The notes: generated by a model not told the origin, from the sequence alone. A stretch of DNA of 64,000 nt from Amoebidium appalachense (GCA_963693365.1 CAVNZM010000007.1:2465979-2529978); one strand, 5' to 3'. Counted from the first letter of the stretch, positions 37,599 through 61,930 are shown. Program-made: numbers and translations.

Positions 37599-38761
37599 TC
37601 AGCTGGCCTTGTTGGGCACTGCAATTCAGAGCAAACATTAGCAAATGAAGAACCACTAAAGGAAGGCAAAAAAAAAAAAACACACATCCACACGCGCACA
37701 CACATGCACACACACATGCATGGACACACGGACGTACACACACCCAGGCACCTGCACCCGACCATACCCACACATCCACATCCATACCCAGAAACAGTTG
37801 CAATCCCCCCCCCCCCCCCCCCCCTTCCCCCCCCTTCTTTCTTCTGGGGCGGTACCCACACATTGTATCCTGTTCCTTTTCGAGTGAGGCTGGGCCCCAG
37901 ACAGTGTCCACAGCAATAAATAGTGTGTAAACCCCTTTTCTGTTTCATGCGTAATGAATGCCAAGTATAGGAATAGCCTACAATGGTAACCGTGGGGCGT
38001 GTTTAATTGTGAGTAGCACCGCAACGGGATAAGCAGACACGGACTAGCACATACACGCATACTGCCCTTTCAAATCATTCATACCGGCGAGTAAAATATG
38101 GATGAAAGAGTACAGGAAAGGAGGATACATCGGTAAGAAAAGGGCAGAAAAATCGAATGACGCAGTGTGGGTGTGTTTATAGTTTGAGTATCTGTACATG
38201 AGTGCCTCCCATTCCCTTCTTTCTTGCGTCTCTAGAGCTATTTCCTATGCTTGCATGGTGGAGAAAGGCAGGATTTTTTTTTTTTTGGGGGGGGGGGGGG
38301 GGTTTGAATGCGGACAACGGTACGAAGTACGCATACACGAAGGACACATGCAAAGGCAAATATTCAAGTATGCAACATCAGCCATGCGCACAGTATGCGT
38401 CATAAGCAGAGCCCATCCTCAGGGAGGGCCCAAGTCATCAGAGGGAATGAACAGAGTGTGTGAGTGTATGTGCAGGTGCGCTACGTGTGTGCATGTCAGT
38501 GCACATGCGTGCATGTATGTGCATGCACATGCGCATAATGTGCTTAGCTTGCATTTATACGGGTGAGGTATGTGTGTTTGACTGTGTTTGTTTGTTTGTT
38601 TGTTTGTTTGAGCGCGCGCGCGCGCGCGTGTGTGTGCGCGCGTGTGTAACGGACGGGGAGGCTCATACAGGCTTTGGGGAGGAGTAAGCAGAGGGGAAAG
38701 AGGGGAAGCCAAGAGGGGCGCGAAATGGTTTTTCTTTCTTTTCTTTCTTTCTTTCTTTCTT

Positions 38762-38817
<56 letters not shown>

Positions 38818-39320
38818 ACTCTCTCTCTTTTTTCTTTTTGTGGGGTGAGGGGGGGGGGGGGGGGGGGGGGGATTGGGAGGAGGAGGAAGAGGGGGGGGGG
38901 GGGGATTGAATGTGGAACACGGTACGAAGTACACATACACGATGAGATTGCATGCACTCCACGATGCAAGCAAACAATACAAGGCATGGGGGGACAAGAA
39001 ACAGAAAACCAAAGCAAAATAGACGAGCAACACAGAGAGAAAAAATGCAAGTAAAACAAGATGTGCAGGCTGAAGACACGTGAACGGATCACATCATCGG
39101 GGAAGGGGATGCCTCCACAAGAAAAAAGGGTTCAGCTAAAACTCTCCTACGTGTGGTTTTCAACCAATCCTTTGCTTCGAAGGTATGCGAGTGTGTCCAA
39201 AAGAAAGGGAAAGACACAAGAGAAAGCGGGAGAGAGACGAGAGAGAGAGAGAGAGGGGGGGGGGGGGGGGGGGAGGGGTGAGGGAGAGAATGTGTGTGTG
39301 TAGAGAGTGCTTGGGGGGGG

Positions 39321-39364
<44 letters not shown>

Positions 39365-39511
39365 GGGGGAGAGAGAGAGAGAGAGAGAGAGAGTGTGTGT
39401 GTGTGTGTGTGTTGAAAGTGCTTGGGGGAGAGACGAGAGACGAGGGGGTGGGGGTGGGGTGGGGGGAGAGGGAGAGGGAGAGGGGAGAGAGAGCAAGAGG
39501 GAGAGAGAGAG

Positions 39512-39545
<34 letters not shown>

Positions 39546-39970
39546 CCTCGGAGAGACAGAGTGAGTGTGTGTGTCTATGTAGAGAGTGGTTGAGGGAGTG
39601 GGTGGGTACAGCATGCTTTCAATGCTTAAAACTGTGTTTGTGTGTGCGCACGTGTGTGCATGCGCAACACGTGTGTGTGTGTGTGTGTGTGTGTGTCTCT
39701 CTGGGCCACTCTCTGTGTGTGTGTCGGGGGGGGGGGGGGGGGGGGGGGCACACATACTGGGATATGTGAGTGGCGGCATGTAGTCGGCCTGTGGTTTGCT
39801 GTTAACGGGCCCCAGCAGTACTGCCAAGCTGCCTGCAGGCACAAGGGACGGTGGACAAACGAATAAGTGTAAGCCATACATTCCACAATGAATTCTGGTG
39901 CTTGTTAAACTAGCATCTTTCCATAGCTGCCCCACCCCACCTAGAATAAATCACCCTCAAACAGATCTCC

Positions 39971-40032
<62 letters not shown>

Positions 40033-40259
40033 GGTGCACATGAGAATAGACATCGCCCGTGTACCTCAGTTTCATCGTTTCTGTTACTGTGTGTATTGTG
40101 ACTAGAGCCCGAGTTCAGCTCCATCGACAGCCGTGTGCATAGATGGGCACGTCTTGTGTGTAAAGATTACATGTGTGTTTGGGTCAGCGCCTGTATATGT
40201 TTGTGTGAGTGGGTGTGTGCATGCACACGTGTGTGTGCGTGTGCGCGCGCGTGCCGGTA

Positions 40260-40311
<52 letters not shown>

Positions 40312-40662
40312 TGTGCATGTGTGTGCGTGCGCGTGTGTATATGTGTGTGTGCGCGTGCGCGCAAGTGCATGTGTGTGCGCATGCACTTGTGTATGCATAT
40401 GTGTGAGTGTGACTGTGTTGTGAGTGTGTGCGTATGTGTGTGTGTACAGGTGCGCGCGACTGTGCGTGCCTGTGTTGATGTATGTGTACCTAGGCGCATG
40501 TGCACACCACCGATTATAATGAGAAACCTTAGACGGCTTGCAAAGATAGAGCTTAAGCACATCGTCTGCTGCGTTAGCCCAAGGAAGCACGAGCAATAGT
40601 AAGCATTTTTCCAGGTTTTTGATAAGCGCTGGTGAGGCCAAACAGGCCAGAAGACAGGAGTG

Positions 40663-40744
<82 letters not shown>

Positions 40745-41236
40745 GCACGTGCGCACGCATGTGTGTGTGTGCGCATGTATGTTTACATGTGTGTGTGCAT
40801 ATGTGTTTACTTGTGTGCGTGCACGCCTGGGTACGTGCATGCTTGTGCATGTTTTTTTTTTTTCCCATTTGGGGCAAGGAAGGGAGGGAGTAGAGTTGTG
40901 GAGAGAGCGAGAGGCCAGAGAAAGAGGGAGGGAGGCCTGGCAGAGGGACAGAGACAACGCCTGTATCAGGAAAGACGCTAGAAGCCTCAAGCAGCCATAA
41001 AAGTGTAAACCATGAACGGTGTGGTAGGAAGGAAAGGAGCAGTGAACGTGTGGCTTGGTGAGCAAGACCGTGTGTGTGTGTGTGCAGGCGCTGCCAAGTA
41101 TGCAAGTTCGTTGAGCGTCGTGACTCGTGCGTGTACCTACGTGTGTGCGCGTATGCGCGCATGTGCGTGCTGTGTGAGAGTAATTTGAGCATGTCTTGTT
41201 GAACTGTGTGATTGTACACTCCAAAACTAAAACAGC

Positions 41237-41272
<36 letters not shown>

Positions 41273-41528
41273 AACAGATCGAGTGGCCAAGCGCACCATA
41301 GCCACAGAAGCCGCCAGGGTTCTCTTTTATTTATACATCCTCATTAAACCACTCAACCACCCCTCTATACCTCTCATGTTGGCGTAAAACAAAAAGAAAT
41401 CTAACACAGCGTATTTCCAGCAATTACAGGCACTCACCAGCAGAGCCGATAACAACCGAAGCCAGAAGCACAGGCTCCTTTCTCCACACCATCTTCACCC
41501 AGTTTGCGAAACCTGCTGCTGCCGCCAT
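37599..41528 (-). CDS. NDUFA3: NADH dehydrogenase (complex I) subunit NDUFA3/B9-like, 61 aa, 3 exons
   Basis: Exons 41528-41438, 39832-39758 and 37618-37599 give [61 protein letters not shown]. The WxKEPVL motif, single TM helix and YPxP motif are typical of NDUFA3. Confidence 0.8.
38303..38440 (-). mobile_element. Family A-related subfamily 3' end (minus strand, in an NDUFA3 intron)
   Basis: The reverse complement matches 50715-50864 and abuts (G)n. A further diverged 3' end lies at about 38906-38970. Confidence 0.7.
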
Positions 41529-41978
41529 TTTCAAGCTCCTAAACCGATACGTCGGTGACCTTAGGCTTAGTTTTTTATCACTTTTCGACCTAAACGAGCC
41601 GAAATGGAAGGGAGCGAAATGGTTGGTGCCTTTTACACAGCACAGGCTTGTGTGGTTTTTCGTTCGCAGGTGAGACAGGCGTGTTCCACCGACTGGGGTT
41701 TTAGCTGTAAATTAGACCTGGATTACCCAACATGGTCGTAAATCAATCTTTGAAATTTTCTGAAAAACGCCAAGTGGGTGGGAAACAGAAACAGGTAAAA
41801 CTGATCGTCTGTATTTTCAGGGGGGCTTGAATACCTTACTCAAAGTTCAAGTTGGGCTGCTGGCAGCGAGCTCACTCAGTTCAGGAAGAGGAAAACAGTT
41901 TATGTAGAGCAAGGGGTTTATGGATTCTTTTGTCTGACATCCCAGTAATAGACTACTGTATATTGGCGTTGCGTCAAG
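41529..41978. promoter_or_regulatory. Bidirectional promoter region between divergent NDUFA3 and SRRM1
   Basis: The two ATGs are about 450 bp apart, head-to-head, in DNA free of simple repeats. Confidence 0.6.
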
Positions 41979-51424
<9,446 letters not shown>

Positions 51425-52277
51425 CTGTACTATTACTGAAAGTATACCGAAAGTGTACGGCCGAATATATACACACTATGAAATTCCCATGTAGTTGTTC
51501 AGTGAGACTGACCGTGCAGCACACCAATCTCAAACCCAGTTGAGCGGGAATCCTCAATAGTGTTCGAATTGTGGTGTGGCAGCTCGCTTTGTTGGTTCCT
51601 TTTTGTGTTCAGGATTCCGTCTTGGCTAGTAGTAAGTATATACACACATATGCATATGGTTTTGTCACAGTTGACTGAAAGCAGCCGGTCTGAGCAGTTG
51701 ACAATAATTCTTACAATCCAGGACCAATAAACCTCTCCTACGTAGACCCACTATCACTTCTAGCGCACGTGGGATCCTTATCATGTTAAGATCTAGCCCC
51801 GGGCCCGGACCAGCATGTAGTGTTTTGTTGGTGGGAATGGTCGATGCCATCGGCAAAACCAATATTCTTACTTCTTTTTATTTTTTATTTTTATAAAACA
51901 TATTCCTACTTTTTTTAATTGTTTTTGCAATAACAAAGGGGGGAGGGTTTATGTTCTCATGGACTTGCAACCAAGCTTCCATGTCCCTGACATGGTGCAT
52001 GATCTTGTTGGGATGCCATTAACGTAGTCGAGATTCCGTAGTATATGGGCACGATTTCAAAGTTTTTAGAATGCCGTCAATACCTAGTCGAGGAATAAGT
52101 GGTTGTGGGGGGTGCGCCAGATGATTATGATGACGATGCGATAGGTGTGCCCTGCGCTTGCTGTGATGTGTGTGATCATGAGATTGTGTAATATTGCCGG
52201 GTGGGTGGCGATGGGTGGGTTAACGTGGGGGGAATTCGAAGACGGGGGGGAGGGTTGGGCGGCGGCGGCGGCTGGGG

Positions 52278-52317
<40 letters not shown>

Positions 52318-52364
52318 GGAGAGGACTAGAGAGGGGGGGGGGGGGAGAGAGAGCGAGAGATCTG

Positions 52365-53235
<871 letters not shown>

Positions 53236-53369
53236 TTTACCTTACATAACATATCACCGTGTCATTACACTATGTTACTCTTGGCTCAACGTTTGAAAAA
53301 AGATAATCCTGGGCTCAATTTTTAGGCCCAACATGCATTTGCATGTTTTTTACAACTGTCGACTCGGAG

Positions 53370-53418
<49 letters not shown>

Positions 53419-53867
53419 CTTCTTCAATGTTAGGACTTTTTGCTTTGTTTCACTGTACAACTGGTACACACAATGAAGTGGAACAGTCCTCCGCTTCTAT
53501 TGGTTCTTGATCAGTAAGCTATGCCGCCAGCTGAGACACTGGCACCACAGAATACGTATAGCGACACAAGGTGACAAGAACAGTCTAAAAGCATAGAAAT
53601 AGGTTGTAAAATTATGCATTAAAGCTACATTATTATTAGTTTTATGAGTATGTTGCGGCTGCGCATTTGTACACGCATGATAGTGGTTTTGCAGTGTAAG
53701 AATTGTCAGTCGTTGAGCTTGTCAGGTTGGTCATCCATGTATCATCCCGGCATTCCGGCTAATCATGCTTGGCGTGTTTTGCGCCAACCAAAATCTCCGT
53801 AGCCACGTCTTTGGAATGCGCCATCCAAAATTAAGCGGCATAACGAATTAATTAACGATTGGTGATT

Positions 53868-54290
53868 CCCAGCCTCGGTCGGAGATGATTGGAGGCTCTT
53901 AGCTCTTACTTGTGCCATCATATCATCTCGGAGGCTTCACGTCCCAGCCTCGGTCGGAGTCTCGGAGATGGAGGCTGGGTCTGAGGAGATAGAGAGGGTG
54001 TGGGGGGGAAAAGACTGAGCTGTTTTTGCGTTAAATAAGATCCACTATCCAATCAGTGTTTTTGGCGGCAGATTTCAAATTTTCTAACGGACACTTTGTG
54101 ACGCCAGTAGTCCCACCCAGTACACGAGATTGCGATCTAAGAGGCCGCTCGAAGATACCAGATGGCTCTGGCTTGCGCGGAGACACATCAGCTCATGACG
54201 TCAGCACCTCGGGGCGATGGCAAAGGCAAGGCGAGCGGCAGGGCGAGCTATAGCGAGCCCTGGCAGCGAGTCTAGCCGACCGAGGCTGGG
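53868..54290. mobile_element. MITE-like element with 15-bp inverted repeats
   Basis: CCCAGCCTCGGTCGG at 53868 and 53943, and its inverse CCGACCGAGGCTGGG at 54276-54290. No TSD seen. Confidence 0.4.
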
Positions 54291-55213
54291 CGATGGCGAT
54301 AAGGCGTAGCCATTGAGCTCATTTATAAGTGCAATAAGGTCAAAAGAATACCATTAATTGGATAAATGTCATTGCTCTATTGGGCACAGTGGCTCAGTGG
54401 CATTCTATCTTATTCTATCAATGGTATAAAAACAACACCATCGTCAGTGTGACACAGCTCCCTTTTCTCTCTTTCGGTTTTGTCTCATCTTGCGATTGTC
54501 GGAGAATCGTGTTTCATGCGTGTTTCGATCTTGGGCAAATTGCTGCCACATTTTCATAACGCTCTTCCCCTTCCGCATGACGTTGTACTTGTCAAAACAC
54601 AGCCCATTTCCTTTTTCGCAAAACAATTCACTTTCTCAAAGCCTTCGTTTGTTTGCATAGCGACCTTTCACTTTGCGACTGCAGGTTTGCCATTTGTGCT
54701 GAAGTGACTGTACATGTCTAAGCTGCGTGTGTGCTGTATGGAAGCTGTGTATGTTTTGTGCCGCTAGTTCCTTATTGAGCTGGGTGTGGGTCAGTGTGTG
54801 TGAAAGCTGGTGTTCGTGTTTTATTCGTTGCCTTGATATTCGTGTCTGGTATGTGCCTCTTTGCCTCAATTTGGCATAACGGGTTTCCACAGCATCTAAC
54901 TTTCAGGTTTTGCTGGTGTTGCCCTGCGCGCAAGGTTATACGGTAAGAGCTCCCATCCCAGGTGCATACCTCGTGTCTTGTCGTTCGTTCGTTCGGGGAA
55001 TTCGGAGAAAGTACGGTTCCAGGGTTTACACGTCCTCCTTCACGCACACACCTTGTTTCTCGGTCGGTTGCTCCACACTGTTTCACCTACACACACGCTT
55101 TGGAAACCGGCCGCACTACTTCGTTCGTCCACCACCTCGTTCCCTGTCACCCACGATTCCCTTGGTTGAAAATCCGCATACACCCCCCAAGACTGCCGCG
55201 GTTTACTCCTCAG

Positions 55214-55340
55214 TATTTGTCCTTCCCGTCTGCTGTTTGTGAAACCTCCTCGACTGCAACCAAATGCCCGCCCTGTTATTTGTCCTTCCCGTCTGCTGTT
55301 TGTGAAACCTCCTCGACTGCAACCAAATGCCCGCCCTGTT
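55214..55340. repeat. Tandem duplication, about 63 bp x2
   Basis: TATTTGTCCTTCCCGTCTGCTGTTTGTGAAACCTCCTCGACTGCAACCAAATGCCCGCCCTGT occurs twice. Confidence 0.9.
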
Positions 55341-55525
55341 TCTTTTCTACGCATCACCCGTTTGTGAGAAGTTGGGAATTAACATGCGAATATCAAAAAA
55401 TGTGTATATGAACAATTCTTCCTGTGTAGGTGCTTAGGTGCATCACGTATCGGGCAGTCCTTAATGACAGGCACATAATAGAGAAGGGAAACTTCACACA
55501 CACACACACACTTGGGTTTGGAATA

Positions 55526-55567
<42 letters not shown>

Positions 55568-55932
55568 GATTTGAAATCTCCTATATTGCTTTTTTCTTTG
55601 CTAAAATTGGCTCTAGAACCTGATACACACACACATGGATTTGGGATACACACACACAGTAGTGCACAGTCGCGAACACTTTACACCCTCTTTGCGTTAA
55701 GGTTTCAAATTTCTCCCCTTTGCCATGTGTTAGCTTCTATGGTATACAAGCATGGATGTGAATGACGTGCTTATGTGGTGCCCGGAGGTGGGTGTGAATG
55801 GTTATTTGCCCTGCGTTGCAACTTGTGGTCCCCCGCTGCATTAAAGCACACATTCCTCATGTGTTCCATCTACATCTATACAAAATGAAGCAAATTTGTG
55901 CCCTCCCTCCTCTCCGAAGCGATTTCGTCCCC

Positions 55933-55973
<41 letters not shown>

Positions 55974-56448
55974 TCCCCTGCCTCTCCATCCCTCTCCCCT
56001 CCTGCAAAAAAGAAATTAAAACAGCCTCCTCTCCAAAAAAGAAAATGGAAAAGCCCCCCCCCCCCCCCCCAAAAAAAAAAAAAAAAAAAGGAAAAGAATA
56101 ATTGCCCTCTTTCCTCCTCTCCCTCCCATAAAAAGGAACCCCCCCACACACACACACACGCCCCCTCTCCCTCCAATAAAACAAAAAGTGAAACGATATG
56201 AATGAATGAGATAATGAACGAAAGCCCCACTCCCCTCCCCAAAAGAAACGGAAAGGAAAAAAGGAAATTCTCTCTCTCTTCTATCCGAATGAATGAAATA
56301 ATGAAAGAAGAAATGGAATACTTAAAAATGGAATACTTAAGAAATTCTGTCCCTCTCTCTCTCTCTCTCTCCCCCTCCTAAAAAAAGACCCCCCCCCTAA
56401 AAAAAAAAAAAAAACGAAAAGTCATCCCCTGTCCCCCCCCATCCCCCT

Positions 56449-57320
56449 TCATCTCCTGTCCCCACTCCCTCCCCTCCCCCACTTAAAAAGAAATGACCCC
56501 CCCTCCCCACCCCCCCCCCCCCCCCCCCCCCCCCCCCCACAAAAAAAAAGGGAAAAGAAAGAAAGGAAGAAAGAAACGGGAAAGAATGAAAGAACGAAGA
56601 GGGAAACTAGTAAAGAAGAGAGAGAGAAAGAGAAAAGAGAAGAGAGAGCGAAAGAAATAGTAAGAAGAGAATAGGGAAATTACAAAAAAGAGGGAAGAGA
56701 AGAAGTAAAAAAGACGGAGAAGAGAAGAGGAAAAGAGAAAGAAAGGGAACGAAAAGAGTAGTAAGCATATACCCCTTTCCCCCCCTCCCCCCTTTCCCTC
56801 CCAAGAAATGAAATGAAAGAAAGCAAGAAAGAAGAGCGAAACTAGACAAACAGTAAAGGTCGCAACTAAAAAGAAAAGAGAGTAAAGGAAAAGAGAGTAA
56901 AGGTTGCAAGCCCCCCCCCCCCCCCCCCCTCATCTCCTGTCCCCACTCTCTCCTCTCCCCCACTTAAAAAGAAACGACCCCCCCTCACCCCCCCCCCTCC
57001 CCCCCTCCCCAAAAAAAAAAAAAGGAAAAGAAAGAAAGAAAGAAAGAAACGGGAAAGAATGAAAGAACGAAGAGGGAAACTAGTAAAGAAGAGAGAGAGA
57101 GAGAGAAACTACAGAAGAAAAAGAAAAGAGAAAAGAGAAGAGAGAGCGAAAGAAATAGTAAGAAGAGAATAGTAGTAAACATATACCCCTTTCCCCCCCT
57201 CCCCCCCCTCCCCCTTTCCCTCCCAAGAAATGAAATGAAAGAAAGCAAGAAAGAAGAGCGAAACTTGACAAACAGTAAAGGTCGCAACTAAAAAGAAAAG
57301 AGAGTAAAGGTCGCAAGCCC
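56449..57320. repeat. Purine-rich direct duplication, period about 480 bp
   Basis: CATCTCCTGTCCCCACTC...GAGGGAAACTAGTAAAG...CAGTAAAGGTCGCAACTAAAAAG repeats at about 56449 and 56930. Confidence 0.85.
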
Positions 57321-57443
57321 CCCCCCCAAAAAAAAAAAAAAAAAAAAAAAAGGAAAGAAAAAGAAAAAAGCTCGAAAATCATACAAAGCATAGGAATCCC
57401 TCCCCCCCCCCCCCCCCCCCCCCCCAACCCTCACCACCGGCAA

Positions 57444-57474
<31 letters not shown>

Positions 57475-57859
57475 ACAAAGAAAAAGAAAGGAAGAATAGA
57501 AAGAACCCCCCCCCCCCCCCCCCCCCCCCCTCCCTGTGGTGCCTTTTTTCCTACTGCCCACATTGCCACGTTGGATATGTTTGGAAAGTTGGACCGTGGA
57601 TCGACCTGTGGATTGTTTTGACGAAAAGATGGGCGTTGGAGGGTTTAGGGTTAAGTCAAGCAGGGTGGTTGTGATTTTGTGATTGTTGTTGCGATTACCA
57701 AATTACCAAAAGGTGGTGGGTATTTTCCTTTTTCCGTGTGCTAAAGTAAGTCAAGCATGGTGGTTTGATTTTGTGATTGTTGATCCCGGCTTTTGAGGTT
57801 TTCTGTTTGGTTGGTTGGTTGGTTGGTTGGTTTCTTCGTGTGATTGGTATGTTGTGAAA

Positions 57860-60240
57860 AAGAGGAGTGAAACGAAGATAGTGAAAAGCGGAATGAAATA
57901 GTGAAAAGCGGAATGAAATAGGGACGATGTAACGGAATGAAACGGGGACAATAAAAAGTGGAATGAAACGGGGATGGTGAAGAGTGGAATGAAACGGATA
58001 TAGTGAACCGGAATTGATTAGGAAAGAATGTGTGCATACACAACACATACAATTTGCCACCCTGTCCCTCATACATACCCTCCCTCCCTTCCCCCTCCTC
58101 TCTCTGCCCTTGTGGTTTTTGCCTTTTCTTTGTTCATCCTCATGCTCGTACACTGCGCGTTTATATTGGTTTGCACCTAGTTCATCCTCGTTTTCTTTTT
58201 GGTATTTTGGTTTGCTTGTACTTGCATGTGTGTGATTGTGGTGTGTGGGGGGCGAGAAGAAAGTAGAGAAGAGGGATGTGTTCGTGTGTGAAGATGGGGA
58301 GAAGAGAACGGAGTGTGTATGTGTGTGTGTGTTTTGTGAAGATGGGGAGAAGAGAACGGAGTGTGTATGTGTGTGTGTGTTTTGAGGTGGACGAGAAGTA
58401 GGGAAAGGAGGAATGTGCACCAAATGAATGTGTGTGTTTGTGGAAGAGAAAGGAATGTATGTATAGAAGAGAAAAAAAAAAGGAATGGATGAGATGTGAA
58501 GAAGAGAAAGGAATCGAGAGAAAAAAAAAAGGAATGGATGAGATGTGAAGAAGAGAAAGGAATCGAGAGAATGAAATGTGTGTGAAGAAGAGAAAGGATT
58601 CGAGAATCGAGGAATCGAGAATCGAGAAAGGATGTGTGAAGAAGAGAAAGGAATGAGAAAGGAATGTATGTGATGTGGAATGAAATGTGTAAGAAGAGAA
58701 GAGAAATGTATGTGAAGAAGAAGGCGGAGAAAAGGGCGTGAAAGTGGTTAAGTGTGTGAGAGAAAGGAATGTGAGGATTGTGAGCGTTTTTGTGTGTATG
58801 TGTGTTTTGATTGGACGGGGAGAATAGAAAGAGAAAAGGAGCGCGATGTGGAAAAAGATTGGTGTGATCGGTTTGCTTGCGCTTTCATGTGTTGTGTGTG
58901 TGACGTAGTAGCGGTGTTGTGTGTGTGACGTAGTAAGTGCATGTGTTGTGTGTGTGACGTAGAGAAAGGAGAGAAAGGGAATGTGAAAGGGTTTTGAAGA
59001 GAAAGGAATTGAGAAAGGAGAGAAAGGGAATGTGAACGGGTTACGTAGTAAGTGCATGTGTTGTGGGAATGTGAAAGGGTTTTGAAGAGAAAGGAATTGA
59101 GAAAGGAGAGAAAGGGAATGTGAACGGGTTTTGAAGAGAAAGGAATTGACTTGCAATTGACTTTATGTGAGCGCAATTGACTTTATGTGAGCGTACGTGT
59201 CTGTCTGCTTGTATATGTGTGGTTTTTGGGGTGTGGTGAATGGGTCCGCAGGGTGTGGACTGAGAAATAACCGTGCGCAGGTACTGTTTGGTTTCAGCTT
59301 CTGCTTCAGGTACTGTCCCTCATTTCTTGTTGTTTTTGGTTTCAGCTTCTGCTTCAGGTACTGTCCCTCATTTCTTGTTGTTTTTGGTTTCAGCTTCTGC
59401 TTATCTTTTTTTACTTTGTGGCTTTATGCCTTGACATAATCGTAAATGTGTGGCGTGTCATAATCGTAAATGTGTGGCGTGTCATAATCGTAAATGTGTG
59501 GCGTGTCTTCTTTGCAGTGTGAGTAGTTTTTTGTGTCTCCCCTCCCCCCCACCCCGACCCCAACCCCTTGTTCTATAGCGGCTACCCCTGCCCCCAGCCC
59601 CCAGACCCCCCCCCCCCCCCCCCCACCCCACCACCACCACCACCAACAACAACAACCAACAATGTCATGCAAGACAGCACAGCATCATTACACGTACCAA
59701 CACAGCACAGGACAATACGACACGGCACTTTTGTGCACTTTCACAACGCAGCAAAACACAACACAAAACCCGCTAACAGCACAGCACAGCACAGCATAGC
59801 ACAGCACAGCACAACAAGATGCACAAAAGCGCAACACACTTTCACACAATACAGCATAACATAGCACGATGCACAAAAGCATAGCAGCACAACACAGCAC
59901 AGAGCACAGCACAACACAACACAACACGAAGCAGCACAAAAACAGCCCTATTACTAACACACCACTATTACTAACACACCAAGTGGCACAGCGCAATACT
60001 AAAACAGCACTATCACTCATTAATGCTAACACACGAAGTAGCACAGCTCACCTTACATGCAGCACATTCAAACATGCACACAGCACAGCTCACCTTACAT
60101 GCAGCACATTCAAACATGCACACAGCACAGCTCACCTTACATGCAGCACATTCAAGCATGCACACATGCATATCGTGCACAGCACAGCTCACCTTACATG
60201 CAGCACATTCAAACATGCACACATGCATATCGTGCGTGTT
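57860..60240. repeat. Cluster of short tandem and degenerate repeats (GGAATGAAA array, GA-rich units, ~52-bp x2, 24-bp x3, ~42-bp x4)
   Basis: Examples: CATAATCGTAAATGTGTGGCGTGT x3 at about 59435-59506, and AGCACAGCTCACCTTACATGCAGCACATTCAA x4 at about 60040-60215. Confidence 0.85.
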
Positions 60241-60297
60241 ACGTCCTCCAACCAACCATGCCTGTTCACCTCTTCAATACGCACACACGCCTCAAAG

Positions 60298-60338
<41 letters not shown>

Positions 60339-60496
60339 AAAAAAAAAAAACCCCCACACACACGCTCTGCAACACACACGTACACTCACACCTCTCCTCC
60401 AATTCTCACGACGTGCACCCATATATCCCTCCCTCCCTCCCTCCCAAGCCTCAACCCCCCCCCCCCCCCCCCCCACCACCACCACCACCACCACCA

Positions 60497-60538
<42 letters not shown>

Positions 60539-61198
60539 GCCCCCAAAAGGGGGGAGAAAAAAAAAAGAAAAAAAAAGAAAAAAAAAACCACACACGCGCT
60601 CTGCAATACACGCACACACACACCTCTCCTCCAATTTCTCACGACGTGCACCCCCAGAGAAAGAAAAAAGAAAAGAAAAAGTCTCAAAGCAAACCCCCCC
60701 CCCCCCATATGGCCATTTGTGTGGAAATGGAAATTGAGCTGTGCATACCCGCATCCAATCATTTGGCGTATGTGCATACCCGCATCCAATCGGCTCATAT
60801 GACTTCTCAGGAGCCGATTCGGACCGGCAACCAATAGCCGCCGCGTACCCTCCGGGACCCTGGATAGAGTTTCTGCTAAGCCCATGGGGTGAATAGCAAA
60901 AAACCATATAGTAGGGCAGAAATACTTAGATTTATAGGTTTATAGCCAAAAACAACTATTATAAACATTTTTTTGCCGTTTACTGCACCATTGTTCAAGG
61001 TATTAGCGAGTTTATACTTTGCCGGCACACAGTAAGTTGTGAAAAGCATCTACCCATCTCGGTAGATCGTCAATCAGATGCAAGACGGCCTCCTATAACC
61101 AATGAAAACTATATCCGCAAAACTTAGGTTCGGTCAAGGAGTGCAAACCAGTTGCAATTGATTGGTCGTGTTAAACGTGGAATTTGCTGTGTGCCAGC

Positions 61199-61229
61199 CA
61201 CGGCCATCTAGAGTCTCTAGATGGCCGTG
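61199..61229. mobile_element. 31-bp palindromic micro-element with 8-bp target-site duplication
   Basis: GTGCCAGC[CACGGCCATCTAGAG-T-CTCTAGATGGCCGTG]GTGCCAGC. Confidence 0.7.
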
Positions 61230-61319
61230 GTGCCAGCCTATTTATTTTTGACGGACTGGCAGGTGTGGAAACGACGTTTCTCTCAGCGGTTTGCTTCAAG
61301 TTTGACCTGTCACAAAGTT

Positions 61320-61617
61320 ATGGCGGGGACCGATATTGAGATTTTTTGCCCAACAAGCCAGACGTGGGCAGAAGTTATCAGTTTCAAATATGTAGCGGCA
61401 GGAAACTCTAGAATCACAGCAGTGTGCATTGACAATTATACCTGCCTCAGTGACGATAGTCGCCTCTTTTTGAAAACTAGACACGACATCTTGGGCCATG
61501 AGAATGGCTCAGAGCTGAGAAACATTAAGGAAACATCGAAGGAGCTTGACCTGGACAAGGAGCAATGGCGCCACAAAGGCACAGCTGGAGCCAGCTTCAA
61601 ACGCAGCGCAGCAAAAC
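61320..61617 (+). CDS. Hypothetical protein exon (MAGTDIEIFCPTSQ...SAAKR), function unknown
   Basis: Complex-sequence ORF ending at a GTGAGT donor (61618). Its phase does not join cleanly to the next candidate exon (61935-61989). Confidence 0.35.
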
Positions 61618-61844
61618 GTGAGTTTTTGTTCATAAACGAGTCCCAGACAGTGCCTCTGCATCACTTGGTAGTACACAAGACTCTTTGTGTGGGGATAGTG
61701 GGCGCGAGATTCGAATGGGCTTTTTTTCAAGTGCATGTTGTGTGCGTGTGCTATTCCCTTCCGTACTTCTTTTGTTAGTTGCTTGTCATGCATATTAATA
61801 GAAAGAAAGCAAGTGCAAACATTAGTTTGCTTTGTGTTTTTGTT

Positions 61845-61930
61845 TGCCGAAACGAATTCGTGTTAACGAACTATTTTTGTACTCATACTCTGCCGAAACG
61901 AATTCGTGTTAACGAACTATTTTTGTACTC
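61845..61930. repeat. Tandem duplication, about 46 bp x2
   Basis: TGCCGAAACGAATTCGTGTTAACGAACTATTTTTGTACTC occurs twice. Confidence 0.9.

Noticed and set aside
40520-40640. Possible intronic snoRNA or exon in the NDUFA3 intron
   Set aside because: No convincing C/D or H/ACA box arrangement and no splice pair.
57641-57655. TTAGGG-like motifs (also at about 36260)
   Set aside because: Only one or two units; not a telomeric array.
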